Source: a virus. From it: a stretch of DNA of 64,000 bases. A model generated the notes under the pieces. That model ran no database searches. It saw only the letters and a list, made by a program, of their open reading frames with translations, and was not told the origin of the DNA. The stretch is from positions 64,001 to 128,000 of the IMG/VR virus record IMGVR_UViG_3300020274_000001. One strand, written 5' to 3'. Positions within the stretch are counted from its first letter, which is position 1. Every line of letters starts with the position of its first letter. Made by a program: the position numbers and the translations under genes. Shown in pieces: positions 56,404 through 64,000 of this stretch.

Positions 56404-59200
56404 ATGTCCGACCTGTAATTACCGCAACCCATCGGGCGTATTGGTATGCATGATGTGTAGCCGTAAAATGGACGCAGGCACACGCAAGAATCCTTCAATC
56501 TATCCGGTTGACTATCACTCACAATCACCACTACAACGAGGAAAATTGGCTTTATTCGACATAGACGACACTCTATACGATGCGACTCAAAGAGAACAAA
56601 ATGCAGTCCGAGCCGGACTTGTTGTATATGGAGACCGAACGCCCGGCGAACTTCGCAAAAGCACTAAGCCAAAAGGAAGGAAAGCGTTCCTTGATTTCTT
56701 CAACTCTCCAGAGCAATTCAGAACAGATACACCGTTTCCCGGAGCCGTAGAATATGTTCGTAGTCTTGTAAACAAAGGATATACCATCGCTTACCTTTCC
56801 GGTAGAGATGCTAAACCAATGGAGGCTACTATTGAACACTTGAAGGAGACAGGGTTCCCCATCTTCAAGAACAGCCGTGGAGAGACCATGGTATATCTCA
56901 AGAAGAACCGGAAAATTGCTACTGACCGATACAAGTATGAAAAGATGCGAGAATTGCAAGCAGAATATGATATTCACTACTTCTTCGATGACCTTCAAAA
57001 GAACCGAGACAAGGCACTTTCACTTGGAGTCATTGGAGTATACCACCTACCGGCTCACCTCGGAATAAAACAAAACCCATCTCATCTTAACTGCGGATGT
57101 GGTCAGACACCGTGCAAGACTTATGGGGTTAGGGGCAACGTCCCTACTGAAATGCAACCATCAGATAGTTCTGGTGTCAGTCTGAAGACACTCATCGAAA
57201 AATATACAACACTGCACCCTCAAGCCAAATATCCACTGAAAAAGCAATACTACCAAACCGTGTTAAAATCTAACAAGCCACTACCCGGAGAGTTTATCAT
57301 TTTAGGAGGAGGGGCACTACGAGAACTCGATATCGATACGGAACTTGAATTGAGGTCACTCGGGTGGAAAATCGCTGGTCGAACGCCCGGAGAGTGGCTG
57401 GGAGACCTCAACGTTGGCCGAATAGAAAGAATGAGCATGATGGGGGGTTCAGACGAACGGAAAGGCCGCGGATTGTATGTTCACAGGAAAATGTTTGGAC
57501 CGGGATTCAAACCAACCCCAACCAACCCAGCCCACCCTATCTACGAAAAGGCAGGGATTGCCGCCATTCAATTTAGGCCAGCCCTTGTCATGACAAACTA
57601 CTCTCGAGTTCTGATGAAGAGGGGTAGCGGACCATTCGAAGTCATGGCAGGTAACATTACAGTCCCAGACCCCGAAACGGGAGTTGTTGGTGTGCCCCGG
57701 ACAAAATTCGCAACAAGAGCGGAGGCGTTCTTTTACGGGCGAAGGAATGCCGGGGCCGGTATGCGCATCGAAACCAGAATCTCCAACTATGAATATCCAG
57801 ATTTCAACACTCACTTCTATTGGCCAATGAGACTACCAGAAATGTATCTTGATACCACCGCTCCACCTACACCGTTGCTTGAAGATGATGTAGACGGCGG
57901 AATGATACTAACCAAAGAAGACTATCAACAGAGAGTAGTAGAGTCTCTCCCTTCCGGTTGGCAACAACCGGCTAAAGAAAGAATGGGCTCTCTCGGTCCA
58001 TACCAACGCCCCGGAGACCCTTGGACAAAACTAAACCCAAACACAGACGTCCCAGCAGGATACCGTGAAGCCGCAGGTTGTATGGTTCAGCGTGCATCGG
58101 ACGGTAAGATACTGTTCCTACGACGCTCTCCAAAGGAAACTTCCAAACACGGACTATACGAATTTCCCGGTGGCAAGTTAGAAGACGGAGAGACAGCAAG
58201 AGAAGCGGCACTCATCGAGACCGAAGAAGAGGCTGGACTCAAAGTCAAAATTATCCGACAGTTAGACTCTCATGTTGACCATTCCATGAAGAAAGTATAC
58301 CACTGTTTCTTAGCAGTTCCTAAGAAGGGTGCCCGAGTTAAGTTATCAGAAGAGCATGATAAATTCATGTGGGCTGGTCCAAATAAAAAGTGGCCGAAAA
58401 GTAAGTTAAGCCATCACGCTCGATACATGATTAACCAACTACATGACTCGGGTAGTGAATACCACAAATACATCGACAAGGTCCATGAAATTCTAACGAT
58501 AGAAGGTGGTGCCGCAGGTCTTTCAGCGTTGAAGCCAGCCTTCCCTAAGAAGACAAGTAAGAAGAAAGCAGAATCACTTCTGGCTAAGATGCCGGGTGTT
58601 GTGCAACATGCAGACGGAGATTACATCTTAGTTACAGGATTAAGCAACCCTGCACTACCAAATCCACTACCGTCACCTAAGAAGAAGAACGGTAGAAAAG
58701 AGCCATCGAAGAATTATGTCAATCGCATGATGGGCAATACAAAGATGCGAGCAGAATTCCCAGATGCAGGACAACGCTATGCAGTTACACTAAAGTTAGT
58801 GGAGAAGCACTACGGTAAAGCCACACGAAAGAGGATTGCACCGAGAGAGAACCCACGTATGCCACTTGACGGAATGGAAGACAAGAAAGTGAAAAAGGCC
58901 AAGAAAGCCTACAAAAAATTCCACGGTGGCAAAGAACCAACCGACATGAAAAAGGAGACTATTGATGTCGGAGATGTCTGGTATGCTCTCGGCCCATGTT
59001 GGTCCATTGGATACATGTCACCAAAAGAAACAGGCGAAGATAACCAGAAATACATTCATCACACCAACGAGGACAGTAAGGATGGCAACTTCCCAATGAT
59101 GTATGCTACTATGCCCGAGAACGGCGAACCAATGATTGTCATCAAAGGTGGAAGTATGAAGATAGGCATGCGTGACGGACTTGCATGGTTGATTGATTAA
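56396..59200 (+). CDS. multidomain protein: zinc ribbon + HAD phosphatase + Nudix hydrolase + unknown domains
   Basis: CPTC..CMMC; LFDIDDTL/LSGR/K/FFDD (HAD motifs I-IV); PGGKLEDGETAREAALIETEEEAGL (Nudix box). Confidence 0.85.
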   Translation: MSECPTCNYRNPSGVLVCMMCSRKMDAGTRKNPSIYPVDYHSQSPLQRGKLALFDIDDTLYDATQREQNAVRAGLVVYGDRTPGELRKSTKPKGRKAFLDFFNSPEQFRTDTPFPGAVEYVRSLVNKGYTIAYLSGRDAKPMEATIEHLKETGFPIFKNSRGETMVYLKKNRKIATDRYKYEKMRELQAEYDIHYFFDDLQKNRDKALSLGVIGVYHLPAHLGIKQNPSHLNCGCGQTPCKTYGVRGNVPTEMQPSDSSGVSLKTLIEKYTTLHPQAKYPLKKQYYQTVLKSNKPLPGEFIILGGGALRELDIDTELELRSLGWKIAGRTPGEWLGDLNVGRIERMSMMGGSDERKGRGLYVHRKMFGPGFKPTPTNPAHPIYEKAGIAAIQFRPALVMTNYSRVLMKRGSGPFEVMAGNITVPDPETGVVGVPRTKFATRAEAFFYGRRNAGAGMRIETRISNYEYPDFNTHFYWPMRLPEMYLDTTAPPTPLLEDDVDGGMILTKEDYQQRVVESLPSGWQQPAKERMGSLGPYQRPGDPWTKLNPNTDVPAGYREAAGCMVQRASDGKILFLRRSPKETSKHGLYEFPGGKLEDGETAREAALIETEEEAGLKVKIIRQLDSHVDHSMKKVYHCFLAVPKKGARVKLSEEHDKFMWAGPNKKWPKSKLSHHARYMINQLHDSGSEYHKYIDKVHEILTIEGGAAGLSALKPAFPKKTSKKKAESLLAKMPGVVQHADGDYILVTGLSNPALPNPLPSPKKKNGRKEPSKNYVNRMMGNTKMRAEFPDAGQRYAVTLKLVEKHYGKATRKRIAPRENPRMPLDGMEDKKVKKAKKAYKKFHGGKEPTDMKKETIDVGDVWYALGPCWSIGYMSPKETGEDNQKYIHHTNEDSKDGNFPMMYATMPENGEPMIVIKGGSMKIGMRDGLAWLID

Positions 59201-59209
59201 GGTGATAAC

Positions 59210-59518
59210 ATGGCACACGACGCAGCACTCGGACTATCGCACAAGACATGGGTGCGCATAGATGCTCTTGCGGCAACAGGGCTTGCACTATCACTTACTC
59301 GAGAATTGATGGAAAAGAGAGGCAAAAATGTAAACCTCGGTCTATCTCGTAAATCATGGAGCCGTCTTGAGTATGGTTCACTTGTTTTCGCATTACTATT
59401 CGCATTCAGAAACATCTACGAAGCAGTCGACGAATATGAAGGCACATACGGAGTCGGTTCTTTCTTGAACCCGAACGCTGTCGTCGCAACAGGCCCGAGG
59501 AGATATAACGAGTTTTGA
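59210..59518 (+). CDS. small membrane protein
   Basis: AGGTGA RBS; two hydrophobic segments. Confidence 0.7.
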   Translation: MAHDAALGLSHKTWVRIDALAATGLALSLTRELMEKRGKNVNLGLSRKSWSRLEYGSLVFALLFAFRNIYEAVDEYEGTYGVGSFLNPNAVVATGPRRYNEF

Positions 59519-59530
59519 GGAGGTGACACC

Positions 59531-60079
59531 ATGACCAAATACGACCCATACAAAGGACTCAAGCCCACCCGAAGACGAACTTCTTCTCTAACATCGTCAG
59601 CGCGGTCACGATGGGGAATCGTTGCGGCATCTGCTATTGGAATATACTACTACAACAAGCAGAATCGTAGTGTGGCAAAGTCTGGCGGCTCATACGGAGG
59701 AGTTCCGTCTTCTGTCGAACTGACTCAAGATTCTGGTGTAGGAACATTCAATGTCGAAAACGTAAATGTCCAACCAAATGCAACAGTGAATGCAGACATG
59801 GTTTTGAACACCGCTTCTCTTAATGTCCAAGTTAACCTAACCAAACAAGAAACAGGGCATACTGTCAACGTATATCCTTATGTTGGGGGCCAATCATTGC
59901 CGAATACGAAGTTGAGCACGACAGACGCCAGTGGCGTCGCATCAGTCACCTTTTCAGCCGAAGATATGAATGTCATAAAGAATGAAGGGACAGGTGGCAC
60001 CACTTCTGTGATATTCCGAATTGTCGTCGATGGGGCATACGCCGATTCAGTTAATGTAGTGTGCTCCATCGGAGCATGA
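59531..60079 (+). CDS. membrane-anchored protein with Ig-like beta domain
   Basis: GGAGGTGA RBS; TM helix, TTDASGVASVTF. Confidence 0.65.
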   Translation: MTKYDPYKGLKPTRRRTSSLTSSARSRWGIVAASAIGIYYYNKQNRSVAKSGGSYGGVPSSVELTQDSGVGTFNVENVNVQPNATVNADMVLNTASLNVQVNLTKQETGHTVNVYPYVGGQSLPNTKLSTTDASGVASVTFSAEDMNVIKNEGTGGTTSVIFRIVVDGAYADSVNVVCSIGA

Positions 60080-62997
60080 GGGCGATGTCGGACGATAAGA
60101 AAAACTTCCGGCGAGCAAAGCCTGTCTTCATGGGACTGCGACGCAAATTGAATGGAGATATTCAAAATCTCATCAACGACAACGAGAAGAAGTTTGCGAA
60201 GCAAGCAGAAAAAACACTTACTCCATTTATCGTTCAACGATACAATATGTATCGGGATTTCACAAGAGTCCGCGATAATCCCGGAGAATCCCCTCCAGAA
60301 TACAGTTACACTCCTCGTATCGCTCAATTACTAACGCAACATGTGTATGGTGATTATGTCCTGCAAGATAGAGCAAGACTGATGCATCGAAAGAATCCAT
60401 TAGCGGTAATCTCTTATGGTCCCGGAGCAGGATTTGCAGGACCAATTACACGTCCTACTCGTGACCCACTTGAAAGAATGCGTGGTGGCCTCACCAATTT
60501 CGTAGATATGGAAGAGGGCCTAATGGGGGCGGGTATGGATGGAGATGGACAATACATTCCCACCCGGGAGGGCGAAAAAGCAATATTTGAAGAAATCATC
60601 AACACAAGAGCACCCGAGAGTATCTTTTTCCTTCCTTCGATTGGAACAGCGATTATGGAGTTGGCCGCTCTCACACAGGCTTGGCCAACAGCGTTAATCC
60701 AATATTTCTACGGACAGCGCAACAAAGAAAACAGTGGCAGAATACCACAACTATTTCATCGTATATTGGATAACACAGACCCAGAGGACGACAACAGATT
60801 GGGAACAGAAAGCAGACCCTTACTGCGGGCACCGTGGTTTGAAGCGTCAGAAGGGGCTAACTCAATGGTCCAAACATTGGTCAATTTAGCATATGATAAC
60901 CCAGTTGTAGGCCAACCCTTGATAGACGCAGAAAAAAGTCTCTTCTTCATTAGTTGGGCTCATTCTATGTTGGACAGTCCGGTTATGAACTTAGAATTAC
61001 AAAAGGGTGTAGCAAAAGCCGCATTGTTAGCCACTTTTAACTCCACCAATGACATATTTAGTGCAGAACAAGTAAGAGCATTCGGTTTCGGTGCCGCCGA
61101 GAAGGAAAGAGCAACCATACCAACAAATTTCACAAAAAATGGAATGAACCCAGCCGGTGCTACCTTCGAATTCTTGAACACCATCGAAGAATTGTTTAGT
61201 GCGACAGCAGTTAATGATGAGGGGAAGAGGGTTACTCTAAACCAAAAAAAGGAATTTTACCAAGAATTGTTTGGTCCGGGAATTGAAGGAATGACTCCTA
61301 CGGAAGACAATCCATTTCCATGGACGTCGAGTAATGGATACACGGTAGGGCCAAACACTCCGCCATTCGAAGATTGGGTTCAATACAATGGAATTTATCC
61401 AGATGGATTCGCCTACATTGTTGACTCCAGCCCAGAAGATAATCCGGACGACACCGGATGGGTAATAGTGAAAGAATACTTGGTCGCAGGAGAAAAGAGG
61501 TATGATGTTCAATATTCTGGTTATGCTTTGGTCAATGAAAACGACGACCCCCTTGACTTGGCACCAACTAACATTGACTTGGACACAGAACAGATATACG
61601 AAATCAGAGGACTACGAGCACAAGATTTCGAAATAGAATCAGACGTCGACGAGGACGAAGAAGATGTAAGTTCAGCAATCGGTTCATACAACTCAACCCA
61701 AATATGGTTTACTCGGGTCATGCTCGACAGGTATTTCGAGATGGAGTCACACCTATCCCTTGTCCTTAATTCAACTAAAATTGACTTTAGAAGATATTCT
61801 AAAGAATACAAAGAGGTAGATGAAGCCTTCTCCGCAGATGCAGACTTCTATACAACATCCGCTAAGAAACAAAAGCAGGTTGCAGAATTCCTCGCAGAAG
61901 AAAGAGCATCCATCATGAGTGGGTTAGCCGCTTCCTTCCTTGCTCTCGCGGGCGACGGAAACTATCGTAAACTCTACGAGCAAGATTTGAATTTACTTGA
62001 AATAAAATGGTATTCAGATTTCATTTCTACCCGACTCTTACAGGCAAGACCTGTCGAAGAACAGGTCAATCAATTGCGACAGCGAATGGCGGTTCCCGCT
62101 CCGGCACCTGCTGGAGCAGGCATATACAATATGCAAGTTGTTCAGCCAACCACAGTTATCAGAACACTCGACGTTCCTACACTACGAATGATTATGAAAA
62201 CATACTTCCAACGGTTTTACAATGAAATAGCAAACATTGCCATCGAGTTAGACAGACAGCCTCAAAAGAAGAACAAGAAGGGTAAGAAGCAGAAAAGGAA
62301 GCCATTGTTCGACCAAATGTGGGACACTGTGGAAGCGACAATCGTTACAATGCTATCACTCGAGAAGGCCAATCCGGCCAGATATTGGCAACAGACATTC
62401 TCTCAAGTCGAACAGGTGAGACAGAACACGCAAATGATTCTGCCACCATCATGGGCTGGAACGGTGTCAAGGGCAGAATTAGAAAGCGACAAATTCTCTA
62501 TTGGTCTCACACCAGACATCGAGAAGAACATATTGTTGTTCAAGAATTACGTTTCGTTCCTACGAACAACATATCGAGACAACTACGTTCTAATTGCCGG
62601 TCTTTTGACAGCATTCCAGTCCACTGGTTCAGATAGCATAACCGATATATCCGAATTACAGGACTTCTTCATGCAAAGACTACGCAACGATGAGTCGTTC
62701 CAATTGAGAGGAAGGTCGGTTCCAGCATACCGTCAATTCATCTACATTTGTCGAGAAACACTGACTGTCCCAAGTTATGTTCTTGCCGCATCATTAGCAA
62801 TGGAAAGAAATATCGAAGCAACAAGGTCACCAGTAGAATCACAAGGAGCAGAACTTGAGGGAGGCATCATGATGGGTCCAACACCCAAGGAGTTTCAACA
62901 ATCAGCCCCTACTTCTCCGTCGTCAACAGTGGGGAACGTCACTGTCGTTAGACCAAACCCAAGCCTCCTACGCCCAAATAGGAGGACAAGCGAATGA
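60076..62997 (+). CDS. large hypothetical protein
   Basis: ~973 aa; ATGA overlap with the upstream stop. Confidence 0.8.
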   Translation: MRAMSDDKKNFRRAKPVFMGLRRKLNGDIQNLINDNEKKFAKQAEKTLTPFIVQRYNMYRDFTRVRDNPGESPPEYSYTPRIAQLLTQHVYGDYVLQDRARLMHRKNPLAVISYGPGAGFAGPITRPTRDPLERMRGGLTNFVDMEEGLMGAGMDGDGQYIPTREGEKAIFEEIINTRAPESIFFLPSIGTAIMELAALTQAWPTALIQYFYGQRNKENSGRIPQLFHRILDNTDPEDDNRLGTESRPLLRAPWFEASEGANSMVQTLVNLAYDNPVVGQPLIDAEKSLFFISWAHSMLDSPVMNLELQKGVAKAALLATFNSTNDIFSAEQVRAFGFGAAEKERATIPTNFTKNGMNPAGATFEFLNTIEELFSATAVNDEGKRVTLNQKKEFYQELFGPGIEGMTPTEDNPFPWTSSNGYTVGPNTPPFEDWVQYNGIYPDGFAYIVDSSPEDNPDDTGWVIVKEYLVAGEKRYDVQYSGYALVNENDDPLDLAPTNIDLDTEQIYEIRGLRAQDFEIESDVDEDEEDVSSAIGSYNSTQIWFTRVMLDRYFEMESHLSLVLNSTKIDFRRYSKEYKEVDEAFSADADFYTTSAKKQKQVAEFLAEERASIMSGLAASFLALAGDGNYRKLYEQDLNLLEIKWYSDFISTRLLQARPVEEQVNQLRQRMAVPAPAPAGAGIYNMQVVQPTTVIRTLDVPTLRMIMKTYFQRFYNEIANIAIELDRQPQKKNKKGKKQKRKPLFDQMWDTVEATIVTMLSLEKANPARYWQQTFSQVEQVRQNTQMILPPSWAGTVSRAELESDKFSIGLTPDIEKNILLFKNYVSFLRTTYRDNYVLIAGLLTAFQSTGSDSITDISELQDFFMQRLRNDESFQLRGRSVPAYRQFIYICRETLTVPSYVLAASLAMERNIEATRSPVESQGAELEGGIMMGPTPKEFQQSAPTSPSSTVGNVTVVRPNPSLLRPNRRTSE

Positions 62998-64000
62998 GAG
63001 ACTTCAGTCTGTATTTGGTCGAGTTTAACAAATTCATACAACTGATAGTAGGTTCTGGTAGAATCCCAGACGAATCAGATGTAGACCTATTCATCGATAA
63101 GATGTGGACGAAGCCATATTGGGCGTATGATGAAAACAACTTTTCTGACGCTTCTACTTTCAAAGGAGTTCAAGCGTTCGACATGGCTACCGGAGAAAAG
63201 GTGCTTGATATCGAAAGTTACGGCTTTGCAGATTATGTCGCTGATGTCAAACCCATGCTAATGGAAAAGTTGGAAGGCTCTGTTGGAGAAGTAGGAGAGT
63301 CGGCTGTCCGTGCTTGGGACCCCATGCCAATACCATTAGCAAGATTGGCAGAAAGGAACGCCAACAAAGACGGCTTCAAGGGGTGGAAAGACCTCGACAA
63401 CGTGAAGAAGCGCAACTCGGAGTATTGGATAAGGGCAGACGCAGAAATATCCTACATTAAGTCAAGGCTTCTTGAATACAACCGAAAGGTTGTCCCATAC
63501 CAACTCAAAAAAACAATGTATCACACGTTGACATCAATTCAATATTCGTCCAGTAATGGTAAGTGCTTTGTAGGCCATATGGGTAGACCAACCATACATT
63601 CAGAAGAAGAAATTGAAGCGTTCATGCACGAACATGTTGAAACAGGTAGCCATCGTTCCCTATGGTTCACCATTAGTAACACAGGAGAAAAATACAAGGC
63701 CGGAGTAGCCGACATCGACTTCCATGATATTGATGTAACAGAACGACAGAAAAAGAGAGTCGTTAAAGAAGTAGCGAGAAGACTTCGAGCGGCAGGATAC
63801 CCCATACTGATTCAATACAGCGGACATGGCTACCACGTTTGGTTTGGACAAGGTAGTGGGCCGTCATTTGATGACCGTCATGCAATGAACAATCTCATTC
63901 GACGAGCATTAGGAAATGTTCCGGGTGCCGTCTTCAAGAGTAAGTCGAGTAAGGCCGAATCTATTGCCGAGAACCTCGCTATCATAGAATTAGAACAAAG
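62994..64000 (+). CDS. AEP-superfamily primase/polymerase domain protein (truncated by window end; not in ORF track)
   Basis: GGAGG RBS, ATGA overlap; in-frame VADIDFHD (motif I, ~63705) and YSGHGYHVW (motif II, 63816). Confidence 0.75.
   Translation, partial: MRDFSLYLVEFNKFIQLIVGSGRIPDESDVDLFIDKMWTKPYWAYDENNFSDASTFKGVQAFDMATGEKVLDIESYGFADYVADVKPMLMEKLEGSVGEVGESAVRAWDPMPIPLARLAERNANKDGFKGWKDLDNVKKRNSEYWIRADAEISYIKSRLLEYNRKVVPYQLKKTMYHTLTSIQYSSSNGKCFVGHMGRPTIHSEEEIEAFMHEHVETGSHRSLWFTISNTGEKYKAGVADIDFHDIDVTERQKKRVVKEVARRLRAAGYPILIQYSGHGYHVWFGQGSGPSFDDRHAMNNLIRRALGNVPGAVFKSKSSKAESIAENLAIIELEQ

Noticed and set aside
1-64000. A Tas/Nop-domain or IS110-type effector gene
   Set aside because: No ORF shows a Nop or IS110 motif pattern that I can recognise; it may be outside the window or too divergent.
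1-64000. tRNA or rRNA genes, major capsid protein, terminase, DNA polymerase
   Set aside because: No supporting motifs recognised by eye.

Overview
The window looks like part of a large genome of a virus or other mobile element, probably with an archaeal host. Evidence: MCM helicase, PriS-type primases, a TFB-like protein and GGTGA-type ribosome-binding sites. No capsid, terminase or polymerase gene was recognised. There are three blocks. (1) 1-27.6 kb, + strand: about 50 short, mostly hypothetical genes ending at a strong terminator. (2) 27.6-34.1 kb, - strand: a replication module with primase, MCM, a candidate origin and an aspartic protease. (3) 34.2-64 kb, mostly + strand: probable late or virion genes, with large proteins and recurring xNP and xLG motifs. 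The main discovery is in block 1. Most genes or modules start directly after a conserved signal, a stem followed by ATAG, ACAG, TTAG or CCAG. Between the genes lie 42 hand-counted units of about 45-50 nt at 27 loci. Each unit has a covarying closing stem and two hypervariable spacers of about 8 nt separated by a conserved 8-nt linker, like the dual-spacer layout of TIGR or box C/D guide RNAs. The same signal also brackets several larger structured non-coding modules, including one of about 1.26 kb. No Nop/Tas or Cas effector was recognised in the window, so guide function is an inference. All coordinates and family calls were made by eye, without database searches.
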